From a bacterium (GTDB lineage: Bacteria; UBA8248; JACPRG01; G963555815), in contig CBDHDG010000005.1 in assembly GCA_965261595.1 (NCBI GenBank), positions 256,001-320,000 of the forward strand: a stretch of DNA of 64,000 bases. The letters run 5' to 3'. Below, in pieces: positions 38,262 through 48,926 of this stretch. The position numbers and the translations under genes were made by a program. A model generated the notes under the pieces. The model saw nothing but the letters and a program-made list of their open reading frames with translations, ran no database searches and was not told the origin of the DNA. The stretch's first letter is position 1, and each line of letters starts with the position of its first letter.

Positions 38262-39107
38262 TCAACCGCTCACGCCGCGGAGCTCCCGCAGCTTCTCCGC
38301 CGGATCGTCCGCGCGCATCAGGGCCTCGCCGACCAGGAAGCAGTGGAAATCGCCCCGCTGAAGCCGCTCGATGTCGGCGCGGGAGTGAATCCCGCTCTCG
38401 GCCACCTTCACGCACCCCTCCGGAATCCCCGCCGCCAGCTCAAGGGACGTCCCGGTGTCCGTATGAAAGTTGGCCAGGTTTCGGTTGTTCACCCCGATGA
38501 TGTCCGCCCCGCAGGCCGCCGCCCGTTCGACCTCCTCCGCCGTGTGCGCCTCGACCAGCGCCGCCATCCCGAGATCCTGGGCGAGGGCCTGAAGGTCGCG
38601 GATCTCCTCGTCCCGAAGGCATCGGGCGATGAGGAGAATGGCGTCCGCGCCCGCGGCCCGGGCCTGATAGACCTGATAGGGGGTCACCATGAAGTCCTTG
38701 CGGAGGACGGGGATCGAAACCGACTCCCGCACCGCGGACAGGTGGTCGAGGCGGCCCTGAAAGTACCGGGGCTCGGTCAGGACGGAGAGGGCGGCCGCGC
38801 CGCCGCTTTCGTACCGGCGGCTCAGGCCGACCGGGTCGTAGGGGTTCGCGATGAGGCCGGCCGAAGGCGACGCCCGCTTGGCCTCGGCGATGATCCGGAC
38901 CTCTCCCCCGTTTCCCCCGCCGCTCCCGCCCGCCAGAGCCCCTTTGAAATCGCGCGGCGCGGGGGCGGCCCCGGCCCGCCGGCGGATCTCCGCCTCCGGA
39001 ACGCGCCGAATCTCGTCTTCCAGCGCCGCCCGGACGGATTCGACGATCTCCTCGAGGACGGTCCGCCGGGCGGAGGATCCATGGGAGGATGTTCGGTTCT
39101 CAGCCAT
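38262..39107 (-). CDS. trpC: Indole-3-glycerol phosphate synthase
   Basis: IAEAKRASPSAG, LSVLTE, LRKDF, GVNNRNL, AESGI, LVGEALM. Confidence 0.96.
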   Translation of the reverse strand: MAENRTSSHGSSARRTVLEEIVESVRAALEDEIRRVPEAEIRRRAGAAPAPRDFKGALAGGSGGGNGGEVRIIAEAKRASPSAGLIANPYDPVGLSRRYESGGAAALSVLTEPRYFQGRLDHLSAVRESVSIPVLRKDFMVTPYQVYQARAAGADAILLIARCLRDEEIRDLQALAQDLGMAALVEAHTAEEVERAAACGADIIGVNNRNLANFHTDTGTSLELAAGIPEGCVKVAESGIHSRADIERLQRGDFHCFLVGEALMRADDPAEKLRELRGVSG

Positions 39108-40137
39108 CGGATTTCGCGGATGGGTCTGGACGGCGGGTGAACGCCTTGACGGCTTCCAGCTTGGCCAGGGCGGCGCCGGAATCGATGGATTCGACGGCCG
39201 GGGCGACCGCGTCTTTCATCGAGTCGGTGATCCCGCCGACGTAAATCGCCGCGGCCGCGTTGAGGAGAACGATGTCCCGGGCGGGACCGGTCCGGCCGTT
39301 GAGGACCATCAGCGTTGTCCGGACGTTGTCTTCCAGGGTCGCCACCTGGCAGGCGTCGATGGGATGGGCGGTGAGTCCCAGGTCCTCCGGGGAAAGGTCG
39401 AAGGTGCGGACTTTGCCTTCCCGGACCTCGGAGACCCGGGTTTTCCCGGCCAGGGTGATCTCGTCCAGCCCGTCCGAGCCGTGGACGACCAGGGCCCGGT
39501 AAACCCCCAGGTTGTTGAGGACGCTGGCCATCAGTTCGGTCAAGGAGGCGTCGTAGACCCCGATGATCTGCCCCTGGGACCCCGCCGGGTTCGTCAGGGG
39601 ACCCATGACGTTGAAGATGCTACGCAGGCCGGTCTCCCGCCTGGGGCCGACGGCGTACTTCATCGAGGCGTGCAGGGCGGGAGCGAACAGGAACGCGAAG
39701 CCGACTTCGTCGAGACAGGCGCCGACGCGCTCGGGGGAGATCTCGATGTCGACCCCGAGCGCCCCCAGGACGTCCGCGCTTCCGCAATGGCTGGAGACGG
39801 CCCGGTTCCCGTGCTTGGCCATGGGCGCGCCCGCCCCGGCGGCCACCAGGGCGGCGGTGGTCGAAATGTTGAACGTATGCGAGCCGTCGCCTCCCGTTCC
39901 GGCGGTGTCCACCACAAGGTCGTGCCTCGTCTCGATCTTCGTGGCCTTGGCGCGCATGGTGCGCGCGCTTCCGGTGATCTCCTCGACGGTCTCCCCCTTC
40001 ATGCGGAGGGCCGTCATGTAGGCGGCGATCTGGGCCGGCGTGCACAGCCCGCTCATGATCTCGTTCATGACCTCCTCGGCCTCATCCACCGAGAGGTGGT
40101 TTCCCGCAACGATTTTTGTCAGGGCTTCTTTGATCAT
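39100..40137 (-). CDS. trpD: Anthranilate phosphoribosyltransferase
   Basis: DTAGTGGDG, FNIST, KHGNRAVSS, GSADVL, GPLTNPA, DGLDE. Confidence 0.97.
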   Translation of the reverse strand: MIKEALTKIVAGNHLSVDEAEEVMNEIMSGLCTPAQIAAYMTALRMKGETVEEITGSARTMRAKATKIETRHDLVVDTAGTGGDGSHTFNISTTAALVAAGAGAPMAKHGNRAVSSHCGSADVLGALGVDIEISPERVGACLDEVGFAFLFAPALHASMKYAVGPRRETGLRSIFNVMGPLTNPAGSQGQIIGVYDASLTELMASVLNNLGVYRALVVHGSDGLDEITLAGKTRVSEVREGKVRTFDLSPEDLGLTAHPIDACQVATLEDNVRTTLMVLNGRTGPARDIVLLNAAAAIYVGGITDSMKDAVAPAVESIDSGAALAKLEAVKAFTRRPDPSAKSDG

Positions 40138-40150
40138 GGGTCTCGACGCT

Positions 40151-41104
40151 TCATGAGCCTTCCGGGGAAGGCGTGACCAACGGGAGGGCCTCAACCTTTT
40201 GAATTCTGAGGGGGAGGTAATAAAGCTTCGTCCTGAACCTGAATTCTTCCCCCGCCCTCAGGCTTTCATCCCCGTAGTAGAAGCCCCTTTCATCGCTGTA
40301 CGCGCACAGGCATTCCAGTTTCAGCCTGATACTCCGCCTTTTGGGTATCGGCCAATAGTTATCGCCTATTTTCGGAATCTCTTGCCGGGACCCGGGGGGC
40401 GGCCGGAAGACACGGCTGAGCTTCAACCACAGGAATCGGCCCTCGGGAGCATTCGGGGCGGGCAACGCCCGGTCTCCCCGCCGGGGCATGTCGGCCACAG
40501 CCTCTTCAATCAAATCCGTGCGCGCCCAAATCCGCAACCTCCTCCTCACGGGTAAATACTGGATGATGAAGGTGTCATCCAGCCGGAGGGCTTCGCCCAC
40601 GAGAACGTACTCCGGTGTCACGAACGTGTAGGACTTTCCGCGGATGAACGGTTGCTGTTTGTAGTAGAAGGTTTTTCCCTCCATCCGCCCGTAGATCTTC
40701 ATCCTGACGCGAACCATCCTTTTCTCTCCCGGGACGGTGGCCAGGACCTTTCTCTTGCCCATGTTCACGACGTTGAGTTGCGGGTCGTTCCCCAGGACCT
40801 CCAGGATCTCGGCCGTTCTGTCCGGATGCGCGGTGTCCCGATTTCCGGGACGGATCCGGGCGGCCAGGGTCGGGTCCAGATCCCGAAAGACGAACTGGAC
40901 GTCCCGGATGACCACGGGCGACCCCTTCGGTCCTTTCCGGGTGTTTGTCCCGGGACCGGACGCGGCCGAGCTTGTGTCCGTCGGGATCATCGCGGGCGTC
41001 GAGAACCCGTAGTACCCGACCAGTAAGGCGGCCGCGAGGATCGCCGAGAGGTCGAACAGGTTCACCCAGCCGCCGATTCTTCCTTTTTCGTCCACCCACT
41101 TCAA
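40151..41104 (-). CDS. DUF4330-like membrane-anchored protein (two internal repeats)
   Basis: N-terminus VDEKGRIGGWVNLFDL plus TM; repeated ...FYY...G..F.F.T..Y tail motif. Confidence 0.6.
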   Translation of the reverse strand: MKWVDEKGRIGGWVNLFDLSAILAAALLVGYYGFSTPAMIPTDTSSAASGPGTNTRKGPKGSPVVIRDVQFVFRDLDPTLAARIRPGNRDTAHPDRTAEILEVLGNDPQLNVVNMGKRKVLATVPGEKRMVRVRMKIYGRMEGKTFYYKQQPFIRGKSYTFVTPEYVLVGEALRLDDTFIIQYLPVRRRLRIWARTDLIEEAVADMPRRGDRALPAPNAPEGRFLWLKLSRVFRPPPGSRQEIPKIGDNYWPIPKRRSIRLKLECLCAYSDERGFYYGDESLRAGEEFRFRTKLYYLPLRIQKVEALPLVTPSPEGS

Positions 41105-41305
41105 TCGCTGATCGCTCCGCCGGGTTTCCGTGGCCCGGTCGCTCCGAATGCCGCCGGAATTTCCGAATGAGGCCCATTCACTACCACACCCCCCGCCGAA
41201 TGGGCAAATCCTCTATTTTGGGCGGGTGTCGCCGCACTTCACTCTCCCCGGCCTGCCGGGACGCCGCGATCCAGCCGTTTTTTCTTTCTGGCGCCCAATT
41301 TTCCC

Positions 41306-41333
41306 TTGACAGCACATCCCGGAGGCCTATCTT
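41306..41333 (+). promoter_or_regulatory. Sigma70-type promoter upstream of the PxxKW gene
   Basis: TTGACA-N16-TATCTT. Confidence 0.45.
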
Positions 41334-41478
41334 TCTTGGGATTTTCCCGCGCCGCTTGGTTGAGTATTGAGGTCCGGCATCCGATGAAACCAATTTGGCG
41401 CGGGAATTTTTTGTTTTCGTGGATTTTTTCCGGCCGCCAGCGGACATCCCGTCGCCGGCCGGTAAAGGAGATTCGAAG

Positions 41479-41763
41479 ATGATTTGCACGACGATTCGGG
41501 AAGACGTGGAGTGCGCATTTATGACGAAGGAGGGGTGCGGGTTCAACGGAGGACAGTGCCACACCATCGTCGAGCAGTGTGAAGGCTGCAAATCCGTGGT
41601 GGATTTCCCGTCCGGGAAATATTGCCGGGTCTCTCCCGATCCCGGGGGCAAGTGGGCGTTCGGCCCCTGCAACCTCGCGAGCCATCTGGATCGAAAGAAG
41701 GTCGTCGCCGACCGGAAAATCAACCCGCTCAAGGCTTCCAAACGAGCCCAAAAAGCCGGATGA
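41479..41763 (+). CDS. PxxKW family cysteine-rich protein
   Basis: AAGGAG RBS; eight Cys; PDPGGKW; CNLASH; KINPLKASKR tail. Confidence 0.85.
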   Translation: MICTTIREDVECAFMTKEGCGFNGGQCHTIVEQCEGCKSVVDFPSGKYCRVSPDPGGKWAFGPCNLASHLDRKKVVADRKINPLKASKRAQKAG

Positions 41764-41886
41764 GCCCTCCCCCCCCCTCCCGGCTTCTTCGCCCCGGGGG
41801 GTCTCAGACCCCCCGGGTCCCAGACCCCGAGAGTCCCAGACCCCGGGGGTCTGATGGGCGGGAGTCGGGGCGTGATAGAGGGCCGT

Positions 41887-42456
41887 TTACCCGGCCATTC
41901 GCAGAACGTTGCCGAGCAGGTTCTTCCCCTCTTCCGTCAAGATCGATTCCGGGTGGAACTGAACCCCCTCCACCATCCCGTCTTCGCTTCGAACGCCCAT
42001 GATCTCGTCGCGGTCCGTCCGGGCGCTGACCCGCAGGTCCGGCGGAAGGCTTTCCGGGTCCAGCAGGAGGGAGTGGTACCGGGTCGCGACGACCGGGTCT
42101 GAAAGACCGGCGAAGACCCCCCGGCTGTCATGAAGCACCTCCGACGTTTTTCCGTGCATGATCCGGCCGGCGCGGACGACCTTTGCGCCGAAGGCGACGC
42201 CCACGGCCTGGTGGCCGAGGCAGACCCCGAAGATGGGGATCTCCCCCCGGAGATCCCGGACAAGCTCCACGCAGATCCCCGCCTTCTCCGGTCGGCCGGG
42301 TCCCGGCGAGATCACGATGAGCTCCGGATTCAGCGCCCGGGCCTCCTCGACCGTCAAGGTGTCGTTCCTCCGCACGTCCACTTCGCCCCCCAGCTCGGAC
42401 AGATACTGAACCAGGTTGTACGTGAACGAATCGTAGTTGTCGATCATCAGGATCAT
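41887..42456 (-). CDS. trpG: Anthranilate/aminodeoxychorismate synthase component II (glutamine amidotransferase)
   Basis: IDNYDSFTYNL, SPGPG, GVCLGHQ, RYHSL, QFHPES. Confidence 0.93.
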   Translation of the reverse strand: MILMIDNYDSFTYNLVQYLSELGGEVDVRRNDTLTVEEARALNPELIVISPGPGRPEKAGICVELVRDLRGEIPIFGVCLGHQAVGVAFGAKVVRAGRIMHGKTSEVLHDSRGVFAGLSDPVVATRYHSLLLDPESLPPDLRVSARTDRDEIMGVRSEDGMVEGVQFHPESILTEEGKNLLGNVLRMAG

Positions 42457-45167
42457 GGATGGCTCCCGTCGACTTTCCCGGGCGTCACGATCCCCAGGAC
42501 GGGGGTGTCCAGCCGGATGTACTTCCGCGCGGCGCGCAGGACATCCTCCGCGGTGAGCGCGTTGATCCGCTCCGGGAATCGCATGAACTCATCCCAGCCC
42601 AGGCCGTACCGCTCGTTGAAGGACATGTCCGCCGCCTGCGCCCCGTTCCGCTGGAGGTCGATCTCATACCCGCCGATGATGTACTTCTTGGCCCGCTCCA
42701 GCTCCTTGGAAGAGATCGGCGTGGACAGCAGATCCTGAAGCTCCCGCCGGATCCCTTCGAGCGCGGTTTCCACCTTTTCCGGCGTGGTGGCGATGTACAC
42801 GCCCAAGGCACCCGGGTCCATTCCCTCGAAATGAAAGGACGAGACCGCGTAGGCCAGACTCTGCTTGTCCCGCAGCTCCAGGAAGAGGCGGCCGCCTTGA
42901 CTCGACAGGACGGCGTTCAGGATCTCCAAGGGGTGGCGGTCCGCGTCATCCAGGGTCGCGCCCAGGAAACCGAACGTGATGTGGGCCTGCTTCTTCTCCC
43001 GGTGGACCACCTTCCGCACCGGGCTCTCCGGCGGGCGCGCGGGCGTTGGGACCGGAAGCGAGAACTTTTCCCCGCCTGTGCGGCCGAACGCCTCTTTCAT
43101 CCGGCGGACGACGGTTTCGGTCCGGATGTCTCCGACCACGGCCAGGACCAGGTTGTCGGGCGTGGTCACGCTCCGGTAGTAGGCCAGAAGGTCCTCGCGC
43201 CGTATCGACCGGACCGAGTCGGCCGTCCCGTTCACCGGCAGGGCGTACGGATGTTGCCCGTAGAGCGTGCGGAAAAAAAGCTTGAAGGCGGATTGTGACA
43301 GGTTGTCCTCCTCGCGCTTGATCTCGGCCAGGATGTCGCGGCGTGATTTCTCGACTTCCTCGGGATCGAACGCCGGATGAAGCATCGCCTCGGTGAGCAG
43401 GTCGATCAGGGGGTCGAAGAATCGGGCCAGGGATTCCGCCGCGACGCCCAGACTGTTCCGCCCGGAAAAGCCGGAGATGCCGGCCGCCAGGGAATCCACC
43501 CGCGTCGCGAACTCGGTGGCGGTGTGGCGCTCGGTCCCCCGGGTCAGGAGGTCGGCGATGAAGTTGTTGATGCCGTTGCGCTTTGCGTCCTCGAAGCGGG
43601 TCCCCCCCAGGTAAACGGCCCGGACGGCCACGGTCGGAATCGACGGGTTCTCTTTGACCAGGAGGGTGACGCCGTTGGGGAGAATCTCCCGGTGAACCCC
43701 GGTGCCGGGGCGGCCTCCGGGGGACGGGCCGGCCGGGGCGGAGACGGAATGCCCGTTGGGAGCAGGGCCCGCGCCCGATGGGGTCCGCGCCTCCGCGGCG
43801 GGGTTCGCCGCCTCCTCGGCCGCCGCGCGGATCTCGCCCTCGTCCGCGAATGCGGCTTGCGCCTTCGGCGTGAGGACCGCGACGGTCAGGTTATCATTTT
43901 TTAAATATTTCCGCGCCGCTTCCCGGATGGCCTCCGGCGTCAGGGCCCGGATGCGCTCCACGTAATCCTTCTCGAAATCCAGGTTCCCCGCCACGGTTTC
44001 GAAGTATCCCAGACCCTGCGCCTGGCCCTGGACGGTTTCCCGGCGGAAGATGAAGTCCGCCTCGATGTTGAGCTTGGCCTTCTCGAGCTCGGCGTCCGAC
44101 GGGGGGTCGTCCTTGAGCGCGTAAATCTCCCGCAGGATGGCTTGAAGGGCGGCGGCCAGCTTCTCCGGCTCCAGAACAGCCCCCGCCACCCACACGCCCG
44201 GGTCCTTCGGCGTGTACGCGGACGATGAGACGGAATGGACGAGCCCGAGCTCATCCTTCACCCGGCGGTGCAGCCGGCTGCTCTCTCCCTGCCCGGCCAC
44301 GAGCGAGAGCACGTCCAGGGCGTAGACATCCTCGTGATTCAGCGCGGGGATGTGAAAGGCCGTATCGAGGTGGGCTTCCTGGACGTTGTCCTCGAGGGTG
44401 ACGACGCGCATTCCGGTCTGTTCGGGCTCGGGGGGCCGGGGCCGCTCCGGGACCGGCCGGGAGGCCCAATCCTCGAAGGCCTCACGGATTCGGGGCAGGG
44501 CCTCATCGGCCTGAAAATCCCCCGCCACCACGAGGGCGATGTTTTCGGGGACGTACCACTTCCTGAAGAAATCGACGATGGCGGGCCGCCTGAAGGTGCG
44601 CAGAAGCCGGGTGGTTCCGATGACGGGCCGGCGGTATGAATGGACCCGGTAGGTTTCTTGAAACAGCGCTTGGGACAAGCGGCGCGAGGGGATGTCCTCG
44701 CCCCGTTTCACCTCCTCGAGGACCACCTCGAGCTCTTTCTTCAGCTCCTCCGGGTCGAAGGCCGAGTTCCGGACGACGTCGGCCACGATGTCGAGACCGG
44801 TGTCGAAAAACCGGCTGGCGAGGACGATGTGATACACCGTCTGATCGAAAGATGTGAACGCGTTGATGTCGCCGCCCGCGCTCTCCACTTCCTGGGCGAT
44901 CTGACCGACCTGCCGCCGCTGGGTCCCTTTGAACATCATGTGTTCGAGAACGTGGGCGAGGCCGGATTCCGCGTCGGTTTCGTCCCCGCTTCCCACCTTG
45001 ACCCAGACGTTGAAGGCCACCACGGGGGAAGCGTGGTTTTCCTGCAAGATCACCGTCAGGCCGTTTCGCAGGGTGTGGCGGTTCAGGCGGGGTTCGCCTT
45101 CGATGGCCCCCGGAGCGCGTCCGCCCGCAAGCGAGGCTCCCAAGGAGGTGAGATCCATGGATGACAT
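42453..45167 (-). CDS. M16 family zinc peptidase (pitrilysin-like, two-lobed); start uncertain
   Basis: AHVLEHMMFKG (HxxEH), NAFTS, second inactive M16 lobe with GGRLF..LRDKQSLAY. Confidence 0.92.
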   Translation of the reverse strand: MSSMDLTSLGASLAGGRAPGAIEGEPRLNRHTLRNGLTVILQENHASPVVAFNVWVKVGSGDETDAESGLAHVLEHMMFKGTQRRQVGQIAQEVESAGGDINAFTSFDQTVYHIVLASRFFDTGLDIVADVVRNSAFDPEELKKELEVVLEEVKRGEDIPSRRLSQALFQETYRVHSYRRPVIGTTRLLRTFRRPAIVDFFRKWYVPENIALVVAGDFQADEALPRIREAFEDWASRPVPERPRPPEPEQTGMRVVTLEDNVQEAHLDTAFHIPALNHEDVYALDVLSLVAGQGESSRLHRRVKDELGLVHSVSSSAYTPKDPGVWVAGAVLEPEKLAAALQAILREIYALKDDPPSDAELEKAKLNIEADFIFRRETVQGQAQGLGYFETVAGNLDFEKDYVERIRALTPEAIREAARKYLKNDNLTVAVLTPKAQAAFADEGEIRAAAEEAANPAAEARTPSGAGPAPNGHSVSAPAGPSPGGRPGTGVHREILPNGVTLLVKENPSIPTVAVRAVYLGGTRFEDAKRNGINNFIADLLTRGTERHTATEFATRVDSLAAGISGFSGRNSLGVAAESLARFFDPLIDLLTEAMLHPAFDPEEVEKSRRDILAEIKREEDNLSQSAFKLFFRTLYGQHPYALPVNGTADSVRSIRREDLLAYYRSVTTPDNLVLAVVGDIRTETVVRRMKEAFGRTGGEKFSLPVPTPARPPESPVRKVVHREKKQAHITFGFLGATLDDADRHPLEILNAVLSSQGGRLFLELRDKQSLAYAVSSFHFEGMDPGALGVYIATTPEKVETALEGIRRELQDLLSTPISSKELERAKKYIIGGYEIDLQRNGAQAADMSFNERYGLGWDEFMRFPERINALTAEDVLRAARKYIRLDTPVLGIVTPGKVDGSHP

Positions 45168-45413
45168 CCAGCCGATTCCTTTCATTGGTTTGCGCTGTTC
45201 GAGGCCCCGCCGCCTGTATCCCTCCTTGCGCTTTTGCCTCATGACTGTCAAGGGGGAGGGCGCCATGATTTCTATCCATTTTCCGCCGAGGCGCGGTATT
45301 CTTACATCCGGACATATTCGGAGAGGGTTTCCGGCTTTCCTCCCATCCCCGAATCGGAGAGGGAGGGAGAGGCGTTCCAGGCGGCGGGCGTCCTGAGCCC
45401 ATGGAGTCGGACG

Positions 45414-46189
45414 ATGCGGTATGCGCGAATCTGTTTCATTTCGGTCGCGGTGATCGCGGCCCTTTTCAGTCGGACGGTCCGGGCCGGGGGGGGGGAGCCG
45501 TTTCGGGGGAAGACGTTGAAGGAGGTCCGAAAAGGACTTCCCGTGAAGGAAATCGAGGGGGTCATCCGCGAGTATCTCCTGCGAACCCCGAGGTCGTCGA
45601 GGAAGCCTTGCGGCGTCTCCGGGAAAAGAGGCGAAGGGCCAAGGCGGCGGCGGTGAAACGGGTAATTGCCAGGCGGGCGCGGGACCTGTTCCGCGATCCG
45701 GAATCGCCCGTCGGCGGCAATCCCGATGGAGACGTCACGCTGGTCGAGTTCTTTGATTACCGGTGCGTCCATTGTCGGCGAATCGCGCCGATGATGATCA
45801 AAGCCGAGCAAGGCGACCCGAACCTCCGGATTGTCTACAAAGAGTTTCCCATACTGGGGCCCGAATCCTCTTTGGCCTCGCGGGCGGCGCTGGCTTCGCG
45901 GCGGCAGGGAAAATACCTTGTCTTCCACAAGGCGCTGATGCGGACGAAAAACCCCTTCACCGAGGAGGGCATTCTCCGGACCGCCGCCTCTGTCGGGATC
46001 GACACGGCGCGGCTTCGGAAAGACATGGAGGCCCCGGGCGCCTTCCGGGCGATTCGGCGGAACTACGCACTGGCCCGGGCGCTCGGGATCGATGGGACCC
46101 CGGCCTTCGTCGTGGGGGATGAGCTGATCCCGGGCGCCGTCGATCTGGAGGCGCTCAAGGCGCTGATCGCGCGGTCGAGGTCCAGGTAG
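45414..46189 (+). CDS. DsbA-like (Com1/BdbD-type) oxidoreductase (frameshift ~45580)
   Basis: Signal peptide and IREYLL in one frame; NPEV..EAL, EFFDYRCVHC, KEFPILG, GTPAF in the next. Confidence 0.85.
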
Positions 46190-46316
46190 CGGCCGCGCGG
46201 GAACAACCGGCCGCTGACCCGCGTCATCGCCGATTGATCGGGGGGAGGGAGAGGGGAGGGGGAAGGGGAGAGCGGGGATTGAGCTTCGGCCGGGAATCTC
46301 GCGGTTGCCGCCCGGC

Positions 46317-47312
46317 TCAGAGCCCGAGCTTCTCAAGGACCTTCGGGTTGACCACATGGAGCGGGCGCTCGCCCCGCAGAAACCGCGCCGCCTCGGCCGG
46401 CGCGCCCTCGTGCAGACCCTCCAGGGCTTCTTCGGAATACCAGGCCGAATGCGGCGTGACGATGTTCCGGGGAAAGCTCAGCAGCGGATGGTCCGGGGAC
46501 AGGGGAGATGGGTCCTCCACCACGTCCAGGCCCGCCGCCGCGATCCATCCCTCCGACAGGGCCTTCACCAGGGCCTCGTTGTCCACGATGGGGCCGCGCG
46601 CGCAGTTGATCAGGCAGGCCGTCGGTTTCATCCGCCGGAGCTGCGCTTCGCCGATCATGTGACGGGTGTCCGGAAGCAGGGGGGTGTGGACGGTCAGAAA
46701 ATCCGACTCCTCGAGCAGCTTGTCCAGCGACGCCGCCTCCAGCCCCTCCTTCTCGCCCGCCTCCGCCGGCACGTACGGGTCGTGATACAGGACCCGCATC
46801 TCGAACGCCCGCGCCCGCGCGGCCACCTTCCGGGCGATGCTCCCGAGGCCCAGGACCCCGAGGGTTTTGCCGGCGATCCGGCGCATGGGCTTGGCCGCCT
46901 CCACGTCCCAGACGCCCCGGCGGACGTCCCGGTCGTAGACGGTGATGTTCCGGGCCATGGCCAGAAGGAGCGCCAGGGTGTGCTCGGCCACCTCATCGAG
47001 GCAGTACGTGGGATTGTTCGTCACGATGATGCCGTGATCGGTGGCGGCTTCCAGGTCGATGGTGTCCACCCCGATTCCGTAGCGGGCGATCATCTTCAGC
47101 GAAGGCAGGGCCTCGAAGAGCGCCCGGTCCAGGGGGACGAAATAGGTGTTCAGCAGCACCCGGGCGCCCCGGGCCGTCTCCACCAGCTCCTCGGCGCTTT
47201 TGCACTGGATGGCGATGAACTCGACGCCCAGAGAGCCGAAGAGCGCCTCTTCCGGCTCAAGGGAATCCCACACGTAGTCGGTCAGGACGACCTTGATCGG
47301 GTCCGAAGCCAT
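46317..47312 (-). CDS. D-isomer-specific 2-hydroxyacid dehydrogenase (CtBP-like)
   Basis: RYGIGVD, EVAEH, GLGSIA, INCARG, AGLDV, TPHSAWYS. Confidence 0.92.
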   Translation of the reverse strand: MASDPIKVVLTDYVWDSLEPEEALFGSLGVEFIAIQCKSAEELVETARGARVLLNTYFVPLDRALFEALPSLKMIARYGIGVDTIDLEAATDHGIIVTNNPTYCLDEVAEHTLALLLAMARNITVYDRDVRRGVWDVEAAKPMRRIAGKTLGVLGLGSIARKVAARARAFEMRVLYHDPYVPAEAGEKEGLEAASLDKLLEESDFLTVHTPLLPDTRHMIGEAQLRRMKPTACLINCARGPIVDNEALVKALSEGWIAAAGLDVVEDPSPLSPDHPLLSFPRNIVTPHSAWYSEEALEGLHEGAPAEAARFLRGERPLHVVNPKVLEKLGL

Positions 47313-47500
47313 CTGGTTCCGCCTCCGTGGAATGGGTGTGGCCGAAGCGGGCCTCGGCAACGGGTTCTGAAGTGGTTTTCGCAACGAGGCTCCGATCCTA
47401 CGAAATCGGTCCCGTAGGAGTCAACCGGAGTCTTGCGGGCTTGAGAGAAAAAATCCCCTTGTGGTAAGATTCGACGTAACGCCTTGAGACTTTTGGCGTT

Positions 47501-48121
47501 TTGGTCCATCGAACAATCCCTCCGGAAGAGAGGAGAGCCGAAGTGGCGGATGGCGGGGGCGGCGGCTCACGGGTCCGGTTGGCGGCTGACAGGACGGCGC
47601 TGGTCGTGGTGGATATGCAGGAGCGCCTGATGGCCGCCATGCCCGAGGAAGCCCGCGGCCGAACCGTCCGCAACGTCGGGATCCTCCTGAGCCTGTCCGG
47701 GCGGATGGGTCTCCCCGCCGTGGCGACCGAGCAATATCCCAAGGGGTTGGGCCGCACCATCCCCGAGGTCCGGGACGCCGTCGCCGATTTTCGCCCGGTG
47801 GAGAAGATCGCCTTCAGCTCCTGCGGGGCCGCGGGGTTCATGGACCGGATCACGGCGAATCGGACCCGGGCCGTGGTGGTCGCCGGGACCGAGACCCACG
47901 TTTGCGTCTTCCAGACCGTCTGCGATCTGCTGGACTCGGGATTGAACGTTCACGTGCCTTCGGACGCCGTCTGCTCTCGGACCGCTTCCAATTGGGAGGT
48001 CGGCCTGCGGCTGATGGAAAGGGCCGGGGCGGTCATTACCTCCACGGAGACCGTCGTCTTCGATGTCCTCCGCGTCGCCGGGACGGATGATTTCAAATTC
48101 ATGGCCCCCCTCCTGAAGTAG
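47501..48121 (+). CDS. Isochorismatase-like cysteine hydrolase (start may be GTG 47543)
   Basis: VVDMQERL, TEQYPKGLG, EKIAFS, ETHVCVFQT. Confidence 0.9.
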   Translation: MVHRTIPPEERRAEVADGGGGGSRVRLAADRTALVVVDMQERLMAAMPEEARGRTVRNVGILLSLSGRMGLPAVATEQYPKGLGRTIPEVRDAVADFRPVEKIAFSSCGAAGFMDRITANRTRAVVVAGTETHVCVFQTVCDLLDSGLNVHVPSDAVCSRTASNWEVGLRLMERAGAVITSTETVVFDVLRVAGTDDFKFMAPLLK

Positions 48122-48155
48122 CGCCCGAGCGGGACGCCTGGAAAGGAAAAGAATC

Positions 48156-48926
48156 ATGGCCCATCATCGACTGAAGGCGCGCCTGAACGCGGGAGAAACG
48201 GTGTTCGGCGTATTTCTGGGCATCCCCGCTCCGCCCATGGCGGAGATCGCCGGCTGGGCCGGCTTCGACTTTGTCTTCGCGGACACCGAGCACGGGCCCG
48301 GACATTCGGAGAGCGTGGTGGGGATGGTCCGGGCCGCCGAAGCGGGCGGGACCGAGGCCCTCGTCCGGGTGACCTCCTCGGAGCGGACGAACATCCTGCG
48401 CGCCCTGGACGCCGGCGCCTCGGGGGTCCTCGTGCCCCAGGTGAACTCCAAAGAGGAGGCCGAGCGGGCCGGCGCCGCCGCCCACTATCCGCCCGACGGC
48501 GTCCGCGGGATCGCCTTCTCCATCCGCGCGGCGCGGTACGGCCTCAGAAAGCCCGCCGAATACCTGGCCGCCGCCAAGGAAGAAACCCTCGTGTGCGTTC
48601 AGGTGGAGTCCGGGCGGGCGGTGGAGCGGGTGGCGGAAATCGCCTCGGTCCCGCTGATCGATGTCCTGTTCGTCGGCCCCACCGACCTGAGCATGAACCT
48701 GGGACACCCCGGAGATCCGACCCACCCGGAGGTGGAAGAGGCCATCGACCGGATATTCGAGGCGGCCCTGGCTTCCGGCAAGGTCCCCGCCATCCTGGCC
48801 AACGATGTTCCCACGGCTGAAAAATGGATGGCCAAGGGCGCGAGGATGCTCGCGGCCAACGGGACGGGCATCCTCTCCAAGGGCATGGCCGATCTCCAGT
48901 CCGGTTTCCGAAGTCTGACAGGATGA
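48156..48926 (+). CDS. HpcH/HpaI aldolase family protein
   Basis: GFDFVFADTEH, LDAGASGVLVPQV, QVES, FVGPTDLS. Confidence 0.92.
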   Translation: MAHHRLKARLNAGETVFGVFLGIPAPPMAEIAGWAGFDFVFADTEHGPGHSESVVGMVRAAEAGGTEALVRVTSSERTNILRALDAGASGVLVPQVNSKEEAERAGAAAHYPPDGVRGIAFSIRAARYGLRKPAEYLAAAKEETLVCVQVESGRAVERVAEIASVPLIDVLFVGPTDLSMNLGHPGDPTHPEVEEAIDRIFEAALASGKVPAILANDVPTAEKWMAKGARMLAANGTGILSKGMADLQSGFRSLTG

